A stretch of DNA of 64,000 bases from an uncultured delta proteobacterium (GTDB taxonomy: Bacteria; Desulfobacterota; Desulfobacteria; Desulfobacterales; Desulfatirhabdiaceae): the NCBI GenBank assembly GCA_963789395.1, contig CAWBKP010000013.1:128001-192000 (forward strand). The letters run 5' to 3'. A program made the translations under genes and the position numbers. Positions 1 through 10,475 of the stretch are shown here, piece after piece. Below the pieces are notes generated by a model, which made no database searches, was not told the DNA's origin, and saw only the letters and a program-made list of their open reading frames with translations. Numbering within the stretch: position 1 is the first letter of the stretch; every line of letters starts with the position of its first letter.

Positions 1-405
1 GTCATCCGGTGGACTCGTCTGAATCAGTGCGACATCGATCGGAAGTTTTCGGCTTAAAAACAAATCCGGCACTTCGGACAAGTTAAGCGGGGTGATGAAA
101 CGGCGGGTCGGAATCATGGACCCGTCTCTGGCAGCACCAAGGTAAATAATCCGGACAGTTCGGCTGTACATTTCAGCTTTACGGGAAAGATCTGCCATGG
201 CAGGCGTTTCAAAACTCATCAATCGGACAAGTTCCAAGCCTGTCAGGCCTCCGCCCGTTTCGTTCAGTGCGCGAACAAGTTCCTGGGGCTCTCCGCAGGC
301 CGAACCTATAAAAATCCGCTGCCCTGAACAAATCTTCTTAATGGCCTCAGATGCTTTCAGACGTTTATTCAAATAACTGTCTGCCCAATATAATGACGCT
401 TTCAC
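1..405 (-). CDS. Acetyl-CoA hydrolase/CoA-transferase family protein, N-terminal part (runs off the window edge)
   Basis: Not in the ORF track. Manual translation from GTG at 405 gives MKASLYWADSY...IKKICSGQRIFIGSACGEPQELV...LPIDVALIQTSPPDD, which resembles the N-terminus of 60255-62153. Confidence 0.85.
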   Translation of the reverse strand, partial: MKASLYWADSYLNKRLKASEAIKKICSGQRIFIGSACGEPQELVRALNETGGGLTGLELVRLMSFETPAMADLSRKAEMYSRTVRIIYLGAARDGSMIPTRRFITPLNLSEVPDLFLSRKLPIDVALIQTSPPDD

Positions 406-699
406 GCAATTTTCCTTTCAATTATACATCGTCTCAATATCGAAGAGATATTCCTTTTCAAGGCGCTTGTGGCGCACATAACTTGCATATATGCTTGAGT
501 ATTTATTTCCGGATTTTTATTCATGAATATTTCTGGTATGGTTAACAATATCCTATCTGACCGGTGGTCGTCAAAACATTAGATCAACCCAATGAGCAAA
601 GGAGCATCATTCCGGAAATCTAAATTTGTCCCCGGAAATCCCCTGAGAAGATTCGTTTTTAAATTGAATAACATCGGCAGAAATAGCGGAGAGGTTATC

Positions 700-1512
700 A
701 TGCTGAAGCAAAAAAGTTCTAAAAATCAAGCCCAAATTGTCTATTTCTCCCACGGAGGCGGCCCCTTGCCAATTCTCGGAGATGCCAGCCACAAAGCGAT
801 GGTTGATTTTATGCAGCAGCTTCCATCCCGGCTAAGGAAACCCGATACAATCCTCGTCATCAGCGCCCATTGGGAAGAAAGCACAGCAACGCTGTTAAGC
901 GCGAATGCTCCTCCGATGTTCTACGATTATTACGGTTTCCCTGAAGAAACCTATGAAATCATTTATCCAGCTCCCGGAAGCCCCGAACTTGCGAAGAGGA
1001 TAGCCGGCTTACTGCTGAAGCATAATATATCGGCTCGCCTCGACCCTCAGCGGGGATTTGACCATGGCTTATTCATCCCGCTGAAACTGATGTACCCTCA
1101 GGCTGATATTCCATCACTGCAACTTTCGCTGTTGCGCGGTCTTGATCCGACGGCACATATTGCCATCGGCAAAGCGTTGCGGGAATTGAGGAGTGAGAAT
1201 ATCCTGGTGATTGGGTCCGGGTTTTCATTCCATAACATGAGAGCATTTTCCCGGCAGGGAATTGACTCGCCGGATCCCGCCAATGAAGCCTTCCAGGATT
1301 GGCTGATTGAAGTATGTACTGGCCCGATATCCCAGTCTGAGCGGGAACAACTTTTGATCGCGTGGCAGAAAGCTCCTTCGGCCCGGTACTGTCACCCTCG
1401 CGAAGAGCATTTAATGCCACTTCATGTCTGTCTGGGTATGGCGGAAAAACCCGCTTCAACGATTTTTGATGCCGCCATCCTGGGCAAACGCGGAGTTGCA
1501 TTTTTGTGGTGA
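700..1512 (+). CDS. LigB/DODA-type class III extradiol dioxygenase family protein
   Basis: Motifs YFSHGGGP, VISAHWE, YDYYGFP, RGFDHG, GSGFSFHN, HPREEH. ATG at 700 follows a GGAGAGG RBS. Confidence 0.9.
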   Translation: MLKQKSSKNQAQIVYFSHGGGPLPILGDASHKAMVDFMQQLPSRLRKPDTILVISAHWEESTATLLSANAPPMFYDYYGFPEETYEIIYPAPGSPELAKRIAGLLLKHNISARLDPQRGFDHGLFIPLKLMYPQADIPSLQLSLLRGLDPTAHIAIGKALRELRSENILVIGSGFSFHNMRAFSRQGIDSPDPANEAFQDWLIEVCTGPISQSEREQLLIAWQKAPSARYCHPREEHLMPLHVCLGMAEKPASTIFDAAILGKRGVAFLW

Positions 1513-1543
1513 GAAAAAAGAACACACACACAAAGCAATCGAC

Positions 1544-1600
1544 GCCAAACAAGGTCATTGCACCCGCGCGCTGATGCGCCCGGTGAATTACATGTTGACG
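1544..1600 (+). other. attC-like integron cassette recombination site (degenerate)
   Basis: 57-bp imperfect palindrome GCCAAAC-aaggtc-ATT(G)CACC...GGTGAAT-tacat-GTTGACG with AAC/GTT ends and one extra-helical base, just after the dioxygenase stop. Confidence 0.55.
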
Positions 1601-1656
1601 CATGAAATCGATTTGACACAATTTTCAATGTGGATTAATTTAACCATAAAAACCAC

Positions 1657-1788
1657 ATGAGCCTCTTGCAAAACACCTTCCGCCTCTTCCGTCATACCGG
1701 CGAAAGCCGGTATCCAGTGATATCAAATGCTTCGTCACCCCGGTATTCACCGGGGTGACGAACAGTGGTTCTCTTGCAAGAGGCTCAT
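1657..1788. repeat. MITE/REPIN-like element: 15-bp perfect terminal inverted repeats enclosing two REP-like hairpins
   Basis: Ends ATGAGCCTCTTGCAA and TTGCAAGAGGCTCAT. Internal GTCATACCGGCGAAAGCCGGTATCCAG and TTCGTCACCCCGGT..ACCGGGGTGACGAA. 39 nt (1682-1720) match 33467-33505 exactly in reverse complement. Confidence 0.85.
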
Positions 1789-1994
1789 ACTATAACGATT
1801 TGTTATGAAAGCTATTCTGATGGCCCTTGATGATGATCCTGTAACAGTGGTGGATCGCGTTGCAAAAAAAATACCCCCCTCTGAGGTATTTTTCTCGAAA
1901 GCCGACGGCATCCGTAAAATGTTCGGGCGTTTAATGAAAAACCTTTCGTTTGCCATTCACTTAGCCGAATGGGCGTCATGAGCAGGAGGAAGCA

Positions 1995-2381
1995 ATGACA
2001 GTCAGCATCGTCAGACTTGGCACTGCGCGAACAGAAGGAGAGGGAATTCGCATCGGAACTGTTCGTCGTCCGCCAAGGGGGGTTCCAAAGTCCGAGTTCG
2101 CATCGAAAAATTGGTACGACGTGTGGTTTCCAAATCTGGCTCCGAGCGTTGAAACCATGAAGCTCGGGCAAGAGGCAAATACGCCTGCACAGTGGGCTGC
2201 TTTCTTCAAGAAGTACCGTGCCGAGATGGCAACTCCAGAAAACAGCCGGACACTTGATCTGCTGGCGGTCCTTTCCCATGAAAGCAATTTCTCTGTCGGG
2301 TGCTACTGCAAGAATGAAGTAAACTGTCATCGGTCGGTGCTGAGAGCACTATTGGCCGAGAGGGGCGCAAAGATCGCATGA
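1995..2381 (+). CDS. DUF488/YeaO family protein
   Basis: RIGTVRRPPRGV, WFPNLAPS, CYC..E..CHRSVL. AGGAGG RBS. Confidence 0.85.
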   Translation: MTVSIVRLGTARTEGEGIRIGTVRRPPRGVPKSEFASKNWYDVWFPNLAPSVETMKLGQEANTPAQWAAFFKKYRAEMATPENSRTLDLLAVLSHESNFSVGCYCKNEVNCHRSVLRALLAERGAKIA

Positions 2382-2486
2382 GCCATGCCCGACCAATCGA
2401 GCATGGCATGGCGAGGCGAGTTCAGGTGCGCCGGCAGTTAGTTCAAATTGCATTGTATCCCTCATATTCTTAATAAGGAGCATGAT

Positions 2487-2897
2487 ATGAATGTACTACA
2501 CTGGCAGGACTGTGAAGATGTCAAAATAGAAAAATTTCCATATAAGGGCAAGCAGAATGCGGTCATCGGCACCAGCATCCGATGGCTTTCGAAACAGGGA
2601 GACGACGGCCATGGCAGTCCGAATTACGGACTGAGATATTTTACGATTCAGCCAGGTGGTCAGATTCCCATCCACAATCATTTCTACAGCCAGACCATGT
2701 ATATTCTGTCCGGCCGGTTCGAGTGCTGGCAGTTCGACCCGCAAACGGATGAAAAGGTCAAAATAGAGATCTGCGGTCCCGGGTGTGCCATTTATCTGCC
2801 CAGCATGGAGCCGCATGGGATGAGAAATATCAGCGACGAACCGGGTGCGTTTCTCTGTTGCATCTGCAACCTTTATGATGAGGTGGAAAGCGTCTGA
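2487..2897 (+). CDS. Cupin domain protein
   Basis: IQPGGQIPIHNH...YILSG...PSMEPHG cupin motifs. AAGGAG RBS before ATG 2487. Confidence 0.85.
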   Translation: MNVLHWQDCEDVKIEKFPYKGKQNAVIGTSIRWLSKQGDDGHGSPNYGLRYFTIQPGGQIPIHNHFYSQTMYILSGRFECWQFDPQTDEKVKIEICGPGCAIYLPSMEPHGMRNISDEPGAFLCCICNLYDEVESV

Positions 2898-2907
2898 GAA
2901 TATCGTG

Positions 2908-3624
2908 ATGCTGCGAAGCAAATCTCAAAGTATTGTTCGAAGGGTTGCCGGGCTGGCAGTGCGGCTGGCGGTCGGCTTGTTCGTGATCTCCCTGGTCGCG
3001 GTGCTTGTCTTGAGGGTTGTTCCGCCCGTGTTCAGTGCGTTTATGGTTGAGAGGTTCTGCAGCGGTCTCTTTGTCTCAGGCAGGCAAGCTGCAATCGCCT
3101 ACCATTGGACCGGTTGGAAAGAGATTTCTCCCCAGTTGGCGCTGGCAGCGGTCGCAGCAGAGGACCAGAAGTTTCCGGACCACTGCGGATTTGACTTCGG
3201 TTCCATAGCGCAGGCGCTGGAAGAAATTGAGGACGGCGGCAGGTTCAGGGGAGCCAGTACGATCAGTCAGCAGGTCGCCAAAAATCTGTTTCTCTGGAAA
3301 GGAAAAAACTTCATCAGAAAGGGTCTGGAGGCGTATTTTACGGTCCTGATGGAAGTTATGTGGCCAAAGAGGCGGATCCTCGAAATCTATTTGAATGTCG
3401 CCGAATTCGGAGACGGGATTTATGGCGCGGCGGCAGCGGCGAATAAATTCTTTGGAAAAGCGCCATCCGAACTGACAAAGAAAGAGTCCGCACTTTTGGC
3501 GGCAGTCCTGCCGAATCCAATCAGGTTCAAGGTGGAAGCCCCATCCGCCTATGTCAAGGAAAGAACGCTGCGAATCGAAAAACAGATGAAAAACCTCGGG
3601 CCGGCATACTTGAAGGATATTTGA
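2908..3624 (+). CDS. mtgA: Monofunctional biosynthetic peptidoglycan transglycosylase
   Basis: GT51 motifs AEDQKFPDH.GFD, RGASTISQQVAKNLFL, RKGLEAY, KRRILEIYLN. N-terminal TM segment. Confidence 0.93.
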   Translation: MLRSKSQSIVRRVAGLAVRLAVGLFVISLVAVLVLRVVPPVFSAFMVERFCSGLFVSGRQAAIAYHWTGWKEISPQLALAAVAAEDQKFPDHCGFDFGSIAQALEEIEDGGRFRGASTISQQVAKNLFLWKGKNFIRKGLEAYFTVLMEVMWPKRRILEIYLNVAEFGDGIYGAAAAANKFFGKAPSELTKKESALLAAVLPNPIRFKVEAPSAYVKERTLRIEKQMKNLGPAYLKDI

Positions 3625-3671
3625 TATGAAGAGGGAAAGTAGATGCTAAAAAATTATTTGAGTCCACTGTC

Positions 3672-4553
3672 ATGAACCAACCAGCCATGAATGCGGAACT
3701 GACCGGTACAGTTTTGCGGGATTACGAAATGTCCGTGAACTGGCGGGATATCATGAATTATTCCGCAGCGATTGGTGACAATAATTCCCGATATTTTGAC
3801 GATGAAAATCCCGATGGAATTATCGCTCACCCGGTTTATCCTGTGGCAGTCACCTGGAATATTATCGGCAATCTGCGGGCGTTTATCCTTTCGGAAAAAT
3901 TCCCCGCGGAGCTGCTTCTGACCCAGGTGCATTATACCGAACACCTGGAAATTCACCGGCCATTATCGCCCGGAATGCAGCTTGTGATTAAAGGCCGAAT
4001 CGCTGCGATACTGCCCCATCGTGCCGGCACGCATGTCGTAATCCGTCTGGATGCACGGGAAAAAGAAGGCGCATCGGTATTCACCGAACATATCGGGGCC
4101 ATGCTTCGCAGTGTTGAATGCATCGGCGGCTCAGGGAAGGAATCGCTTCCCGTTGTCAATAATGCCGGAGATCCAGCCCAACCCTGCTGGGTAAGCACCG
4201 TATCTATAGATCCGCTCATGCCATTTGTTTATGATGGCTGTACCGGGATTGTTTTCCCGATTCACACATCAATGAAATTCGCACGCATGGTCGGTCTTCC
4301 GGGCATTATCCTTCAAGGCACTGCAACGCTTGCCCTTGCTGTTACGCAGCTTGTCAACAGGGAGTTGAACAGCGATCCGGCAAGGGTCAGATCCGTTTCC
4401 TGCCGTTTCACGGGGATGGTTCAGCCGGGCTCTGATATTGCTGTTCGGTTGATTGAAAAAAGAAAAGTTAATGCCGGAACAGACCTGTTCTTCGATGTGT
4501 GCGACGTGAAGGGCGAGCGGGTTATCAGCGGCGGGTGTCTCGTTACCGATTAA
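3672..4553 (+). CDS. MaoC-like double-hotdog (R)-enoyl-CoA hydratase/dehydratase
   Basis: Two hotdog-like halves: YSAAIGD.N..Y and PIHTS..FA...GLPGIILQG...CRFTGMV.PG. Confidence 0.8.
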   Translation: MNQPAMNAELTGTVLRDYEMSVNWRDIMNYSAAIGDNNSRYFDDENPDGIIAHPVYPVAVTWNIIGNLRAFILSEKFPAELLLTQVHYTEHLEIHRPLSPGMQLVIKGRIAAILPHRAGTHVVIRLDAREKEGASVFTEHIGAMLRSVECIGGSGKESLPVVNNAGDPAQPCWVSTVSIDPLMPFVYDGCTGIVFPIHTSMKFARMVGLPGIILQGTATLALAVTQLVNRELNSDPARVRSVSCRFTGMVQPGSDIAVRLIEKRKVNAGTDLFFDVCDVKGERVISGGCLVTD

Positions 4554-4598
4554 CGCTTTGAAGCAACGCAGCAACGGAAAAAATCTCGGGGGGGATGT

Positions 4599-6323
4599 AT
4601 GAAGGATGCAATGGACAGGTTGCCGCTTTTAAACAATTATGTCGAGCACTGGGCGGAAAAGGTTCCGGACAAGGCGGCAATGATCCAGCATGAAGACGGC
4701 AAGACGGTAACCTACGGTAAATTTAAAACGCTTATTGATTTTTTTGCATTGAAGCTGCTTGATATGGGTATAGGCAGGGGGGACCGCGTTGCCACGCAGC
4801 TTGTACTCATTCCTGAACACATCATATTCATGTATGCCTGTTTTAAAATAGGCGCAATTATTGCCCCTCTGGATCTCCGCCTCAAGGAAGACGAGGTGGT
4901 GCGTGATCTGGGCAAGATCAAACCAAGGGTGTTCTTTTTTCTTGGTAAAACCCCTGTTGTCGATTTTACGAAAATCGGTGAAGCTGTCCGTGACCGATGC
5001 CCGTATGTGGAACACCTTGTCCAGTTTACACCGGATCCAAAGCCGGGTGAAATCATCACCGGCGCCGTATCAATTTCTGAATTGATGCACAACGGACGCC
5101 TCATATGGCTTAAAATCAAGAATATTTTCACCCGGAGGCTGGAAAGGGCTTATGCAGAGATCGGGCCCAAGACGCCGGCGCTTATCATTTATACGACGGG
5201 GACCACCGGTGAGCCAAAACCGGCGGTGCTGTGCCATGAAAACATTCTTGTGCAAAACGCGATCCTTGCCCGTGGTACCGGCCTTTCACCGGACATGCGA
5301 GTTCTGATCAACCTTCCGCCGAGCCATGTGGGCTGTGTAACGGAGCTTTTCATGACCACAACCTATTGTGGCGGCACATCGGTTTTTCTTCGCATCTTTG
5401 ATGTCGCACTGACCCTGGAAGCCGTTGAGAAATGGAAAATCAATGCTCTTGGCCAGATTCCGACACAGTTTCGGATGCTGTGGGCCCATAAGGACTATGA
5501 TCAATATAATTTGAAAAGCCTCAAATTCGTTGCCTATGCCGGGGCTGCGGTTGACGTTGCATTTTTAAAAAAGCTGTCAAAGATGGCGCCGCGTTTCGGT
5601 ACCGGTATCGGAATGACCGAGAACGCCGGCTTTGCCACATTCACCCCCGAGGGGATATCCATTGAGGAGATGGCCGGTCAGGTAGGGCAGGCATATCCGG
5701 ACCTGGCTCCGGTTACCGTCCGCAGTCCGATGAACGAAGATGGTACGGCAGGCGTTGAGCTGCCCGTTGGGGAAGTCGGCGAAATATGCTATCATCCGCC
5801 CATCGTTTTTCCCGGCTATTTCAACCAGCCCGATGAGACAGCCAGGGCGATTTCAAAAGAGGGAATCCTTTACACGGGAGACCTCGGGTATTTCAAGGAG
5901 ATGGGAAGCTACCGTGCGCTCTACCTTTCGGGAAGACGCAAGTTTATGATAAAGCAGAAAGGCTACAATGTGTTTCCCGATGAAGTCGAGTCGTTTATTG
6001 CCGGCATGCCGGGCGTTGATGTCGCAGAAGTTGTCGGGATGCCTCACCGTATTTTTGACGAAGGCATTTTTGCCTTTGTGCGCCCGGCAGCAGGAATTTC
6101 TCTTTCACCGGAAGCTGTAATGGGCTACTGTAAATCGATTGCATCCTACAAGCGGCCCCAGCATGTGGAAATATGGCCGGCTGACAAACCGTTTCCGCTT
6201 ACCCGAAGTACAAAAGTGGATAAACTGGCCCTGCAGGAACTGGCGGCGGAAATCATCAAGGGGCTCCGGGAAAAAGGAAAATGGGATATCTTGAATGACG
6301 GATCACGGGAGTTGAAACCCTGA
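4599..6323 (+). CDS. Class I adenylate-forming acyl-CoA ligase
   Basis: YTTGTTGEPK P-loop, GMTE, YTGDLG, GRRKFMIKQKG, TKVDK. Confidence 0.92.
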   Translation: MKDAMDRLPLLNNYVEHWAEKVPDKAAMIQHEDGKTVTYGKFKTLIDFFALKLLDMGIGRGDRVATQLVLIPEHIIFMYACFKIGAIIAPLDLRLKEDEVVRDLGKIKPRVFFFLGKTPVVDFTKIGEAVRDRCPYVEHLVQFTPDPKPGEIITGAVSISELMHNGRLIWLKIKNIFTRRLERAYAEIGPKTPALIIYTTGTTGEPKPAVLCHENILVQNAILARGTGLSPDMRVLINLPPSHVGCVTELFMTTTYCGGTSVFLRIFDVALTLEAVEKWKINALGQIPTQFRMLWAHKDYDQYNLKSLKFVAYAGAAVDVAFLKKLSKMAPRFGTGIGMTENAGFATFTPEGISIEEMAGQVGQAYPDLAPVTVRSPMNEDGTAGVELPVGEVGEICYHPPIVFPGYFNQPDETARAISKEGILYTGDLGYFKEMGSYRALYLSGRRKFMIKQKGYNVFPDEVESFIAGMPGVDVAEVVGMPHRIFDEGIFAFVRPAAGISLSPEAVMGYCKSIASYKRPQHVEIWPADKPFPLTRSTKVDKLALQELAAEIIKGLREKGKWDILNDGSRELKP

Positions 6324-6386
6324 AGGCCCCGGTGATCGATATAAACCACCCGCAATTTGCACTGATTATAGAAATGGAGACCCGTC

Positions 6387-7286
6387 ATGGAGTTGAGTGG
6401 AATTTACCCCATCGTTCCAACCCCCTTTCTGGATAACGGGGAGATCGACTTTGCCAGCATCGAACGGCTGGTTGACTTCATGGCAGGCAAAAAAGTTCAT
6501 GGGCTGGCGATCATGGGGGCCCTGGGCGAAGGCCACAAGTTGACGGAGACGGAGCGAACGCAGGTTGTCAAGGCTTACCGGACATGCCTGCCCCGGGGCA
6601 TGGGTCTGGTTGTCGGGGTGCGAGCCCCGGCCACGGACCCGGCCAGGACAATGGTCACGAGCGCCCGGGATCTTGGCGCGGATGCCATCCTGCTCGGTCC
6701 CCACAATGTCCAGAAGGATGCGCCGCTTCTGGAATATTACCGTCAGGTGTCCGATGCCGCCCGGATCCCCTGCATCATCCACGACTACCCTGCCGTAACC
6801 GGCATTACCCTGTCGGTGGAGCTGATTGCCCGCATTGCCGAAGCCTCGGAAAATATCCGGTATATCAAACTTGAAGATCCGCCGACCGGGATGAAGATGC
6901 AGGCCCTGGCCGGGACTGCCGGGGCCCGGTTGAAGGTTTTCGGCGCCCTGGGCGGGATGTATGCCCTGGAGGAACTGGAGCTGGGGGCTGTGGGGATCAT
7001 GACGGGATTTGTTTATGCCGAACTTCTTGTCCAGCTCTACGAACTGGCCCGAAACGGCCAGTGGAAACAGGCTGCAGATCTTTTTTATGATTTTCTGCCT
7101 TTGAACCGGTGGGAATTCCAGCCCGGAATCGGGGTTTCGCTCCGCAAGCAGGTTTTAAAGCACCTGGGTGTTTTTACCACGGCCAAGGTCAGGCATCCCG
7201 GTCCGGATGCCGACCCCAGGACCATGGCGCAGTTGTTCCGGATTGTCAGACATCTCCGGGACAAAGGCTACCCCCTTGCTGTCTGA
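6387..7286 (+). CDS. DapA/NanA-family class I aldolase (dihydrodipicolinate synthase-like)
   Basis: GIYPIVPTPF, G..GE, IIHDYP, YIKLED Schiff-base Lys. Lacks the canonical GTTGE motif, so probably not true DapA. Confidence 0.85.
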   Translation: MELSGIYPIVPTPFLDNGEIDFASIERLVDFMAGKKVHGLAIMGALGEGHKLTETERTQVVKAYRTCLPRGMGLVVGVRAPATDPARTMVTSARDLGADAILLGPHNVQKDAPLLEYYRQVSDAARIPCIIHDYPAVTGITLSVELIARIAEASENIRYIKLEDPPTGMKMQALAGTAGARLKVFGALGGMYALEELELGAVGIMTGFVYAELLVQLYELARNGQWKQAADLFYDFLPLNRWEFQPGIGVSLRKQVLKHLGVFTTAKVRHPGPDADPRTMAQLFRIVRHLRDKGYPLAV

Positions 7287-7437
7287 AATCCGAAACCCGG
7301 ATATGACCTTGTTTCACGCGTGTTCTGTCGCGTGCGCACAAAAGTTGGAACATCCCTTTTGACTTTTCGAGTCCCGGGAATTGGTATTCGGGCGGCTGAA
7401 GAAATGAATCTGTGAAATAATACAGGAGGACTACAGC

Positions 7438-8475
7438 ATGAAATATCGACTTTTGGGACAAACCGGTCTCTACGTTTCGGAACTGTGTCTCGGAACCATG
7501 ACTTATGGCAGCGCCGGGTTCTGGGAAGTCATGGGCGGTCTGGACCAGGCGGCGGTGAGCGCGCAGGTCAGATACGCCTTTGACCGCGGAATCAACTTTA
7601 TCGACACTGCCAATGTTTACTCGATCGGGCAGTCGGAGCAGATGGTCGGGCAGGCCCTCCGGGATCTGGGGCTGCCGCGTGACGAACTGGTGATTGCCAC
7701 CAAGGCAACCGGTGTCATGGACGAGCTGCCAAACGGCCGGGGCCAGTCGCGCTTCCACCTGATGAACGCTGTGGAAGCAAGCCTGAAGCGTCTCCAGTTG
7801 GACCATCTGGATCTTTTTCTTTTGCACGGGTTTGATCCCCTGACCCCGCTGGAGGAAGCGCTTGGCACGCTGAATGACCTGGTTCGCTCCGGCAAGGTAC
7901 GCTACATCGGTTTGTGCAATATGGCAGCCTGGCAGATCATGAAGGGGCTGGCCATTTCCGAAAAACGGGGTTGGTCGCGCTTTGCGGCTGTCCAGTCCTA
8001 TTATACCATCGCCGGCCGCGATCTGGAGCGGGAAGTGGTGCCGCTCATCCGAGATCAGGGGTTGGGGCTCATGGTCTGGAGTCCCCTGGCAGGTGGTCTG
8101 CTGACCGGCAAATTCAGTCCGGACGGCAAAGGGCCGGGCGACAGCCGGCGCAGCAAGTTCGACTTTCCCCTTGTCGACAAGGAGCGGGCCTACCGCTGCG
8201 TGGATGCCATGCGACCCATGGCGGAGCAGCGCGGCGTCTCCATCGCCAGGATTGCGCTGGCCTGGGTTCTGTCACAGCCGCCGGTCTCCTCGGTGATTGT
8301 CGGGGCCAAAACCATCGATCAGCTCAAGGACAACCTGGAAGCTGCGGAAGTGGTGCTGAGCGCCGGGGAACTCGAGACGCTGGGCCAGGTCAGCCGGTTG
8401 CCGGAGGAATATCCGGGCTGGATGCTGGAACGGCAGAAGCAGTACCGGGCAGAAATCCCGGAACGGAAAAGATAA
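7438..8475 (+). CDS. Aldo/keto reductase
   Basis: LCLGTMTYG, FIDTANVYS.G.SE, IATK, SLKRL..DHLDL, WSPLAGGLLTGK. Confidence 0.93.
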   Translation: MKYRLLGQTGLYVSELCLGTMTYGSAGFWEVMGGLDQAAVSAQVRYAFDRGINFIDTANVYSIGQSEQMVGQALRDLGLPRDELVIATKATGVMDELPNGRGQSRFHLMNAVEASLKRLQLDHLDLFLLHGFDPLTPLEEALGTLNDLVRSGKVRYIGLCNMAAWQIMKGLAISEKRGWSRFAAVQSYYTIAGRDLEREVVPLIRDQGLGLMVWSPLAGGLLTGKFSPDGKGPGDSRRSKFDFPLVDKERAYRCVDAMRPMAEQRGVSIARIALAWVLSQPPVSSVIVGAKTIDQLKDNLEAAEVVLSAGELETLGQVSRLPEEYPGWMLERQKQYRAEIPERKR

Positions 8476-8553
8476 AAAATAACGCCGGGATTCGTTGGCT
8501 ATGACGACACTTTCGACTGGAAAGCCTGGCCAAAACGATGGCCAGGTGAAGAG

Positions 8554-8608
8554 TTTTAAATGATCAATACAGCTGATCGCTCCGCTTCGGCTGATTTTTT
8601 CGTTAGTT
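8554..8608 (+). other. attC-like site (degenerate left end)
   Basis: AT(A)CAGCTGA..TCGGCTGAT inverted pair with an extra-helical base, then TTTTTC-GTTAGTT core site 18 nt before the cupin ATG. Confidence 0.55.
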
Positions 8609-8625
8609 CTCAAGGAAATTAAAAT

Positions 8626-8985
8626 ATGAATGTCGTAGATCTGAAAGAGAAATTTTCATTATTCAACGAATACTGGAGTCCGAAAATTGCGGGTGAACTC
8701 AACGGTCAATATGTAAAACTTGCAAAATTGAAAGGTGAATTTGTCTGGCATCACCATGAACATGAAGACGAACTTTTCATGGTGGTTAAAGGAAAACTAA
8801 CCATCAAATTGAAAGACCAAAATATCGAACTGAACGAAGGGCAATTTTTCATAATCCCTCGCGGTGTCGAACATCTTCCCGTGGCCGAAGAAGAATGCCA
8901 TGTCATGCTTTTTGAACCGAAATCTGTTCTCAACACTGGAAATACAAAAAATGAAAAAACAGTCGAGAAACTCGAAACGATCTAA
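8626..8985 (+). CDS. Cupin domain protein (probable former gene cassette)
   Basis: GEFVWHHHEHEDELF...IPRGVEHLP. AT-rich, flanked by GTTAGTT upstream and ATCTAAC/AGCTAAC downstream. Confidence 0.9.
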   Translation: MNVVDLKEKFSLFNEYWSPKIAGELNGQYVKLAKLKGEFVWHHHEHEDELFMVVKGKLTIKLKDQNIELNEGQFFIIPRGVEHLPVAEEECHVMLFEPKSVLNTGNTKNEKTVEKLETI

Positions 8986-9047
8986 CTTCGAAAAAGCAAG
9001 CTAACAAATCCGGAGCCTCCGGAAAATATGGAAATGATTGAACCGGC

Positions 9048-10371
9048 ATGAGCAATCCCGGAAAAAAGAACCTCGGCTACTGGGAGGTAACAGCAATAGG
9101 TATCGGCGGTATGGTCGGCGGCGGGATCTTTGCTGTCTTAGGCCTGTCCGTGGAGTTAACCGGTGGAGGAGCGCCGATAGCCTTCTTGATTGCTGGGGTC
9201 GTTGCCCTTGTGACCGCCTATTCGTATGCCCGTCTCTCTGTCACGTATCCCAGTCAAGGCGGAACGGTTGCATTCCTGGATCGGGCATTCGGCGTCAGGC
9301 CTGCTGACTGGGAGCATGAACATCTTGCTCTGGATTAGTTATATCGTCATGCTTTCGCTGTATGCCTATGCTTTCGGAAGCTATGGCGCATCATTCTTTC
9401 CGCCGGATTCTCAAGTTTTCTGGAAACATAGTCTGATCACGGGCAGTATCGTTGGCATTACCGGGCTGAATCTGGCGAACGCCAAGTTGATCGGTGAGGC
9501 CGAAGACTGGATTGTGCTTATCAAGCTGGTGATTCTCGTCCTGTTCATTGCCGCTGGTATCTGGGGCGTTGACAGCACCCGGCTGGCCCCGTCAACATGG
9601 TCATCCCCTGTGCATCTGATTGCAGGCGGGATGATTATTTTTGTGGCTTATGAGGGATTTGAGTTGATTGCCAATACCGCTCTGGATGTGCGAGACCCGG
9701 CCAGGACCTTGCCCCGCGCTTTTTATTCCAGCGTTGGTTTCGTGATAGCGCTTTATGTCCTCGTTGCCGCGGTTACTGTCGGAACGCTGCCTGTCGAAAA
9801 GATCGTAAATGCCAAAGACTACGCTCTTGCTGAGGCAGCCCTGCCGGCCCTGGGACAAACAGGATTTCTCTTGATTGCCATCGCTGCCATGCTTTCAACG
9901 GCTTCAGCCATGAATGCCACAGTTTACGGTGCTGCCCGGCTGAGTTATGTCATTGCAAAAGATGGGGAACTTCCGAGTATTTTGGAAAGGAAAACCTGGG
10001 GAAAGCCCTTGGAAGGACTGTTGATTACTTCAGGTCTTACCCTGTTGATCGCCAATCTGGCCGACATCTCCAGTATGTCAACGATGGGCAGTGCCGGCTT
10101 TCTCCTGATCTTTGCTGCGGTCAATGGTGCCAATGTGTTACTGGCAGACGAAACGCTGAGCAAACGTTATCTCTCGTTCAGCGGAGTCGGGCTGTGCCTT
10201 GGTGCATTGGGGACCCTGCTTTGGCAGACTGCAATCAGTTCACCCGGTCAGATCTGGTTTCTGTGCGCAATGACAGGGGCGGCATTTTTTATCGAAATCA
10301 CCTTTCGTGTGGCTACGGGGCGAAAATTGAATCTATCAAAGGTCCAAAAGAAAAGCTCACCCAAATATTGA
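9048..10371 (+). CDS. APC-family amino acid permease, with apparent +1 frameshift near 9294
   Basis: ORF 9048-9338 (GIGGMVGGGIF) joins 9226-10371 (FVAYEGFE) if one G at 9294 is removed (DRAFG-SGLLTG). Confidence 0.85.
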
Positions 10372-10475
10372 GAACTGTCCGAACGGTTTTGTGGCAAAAC
10401 CCATCAAGCACTATTTTTATAAAGAACCATCTTCCATCTGGTAACTGACGCACTCACACTTTATGGGGCAACGAT

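Noticed and set aside
539..585. Additional attC-like site upstream of the dioxygenase
   Set aside because: The core reads ATTAGAT rather than GTT, and the internal pairing is too weak.
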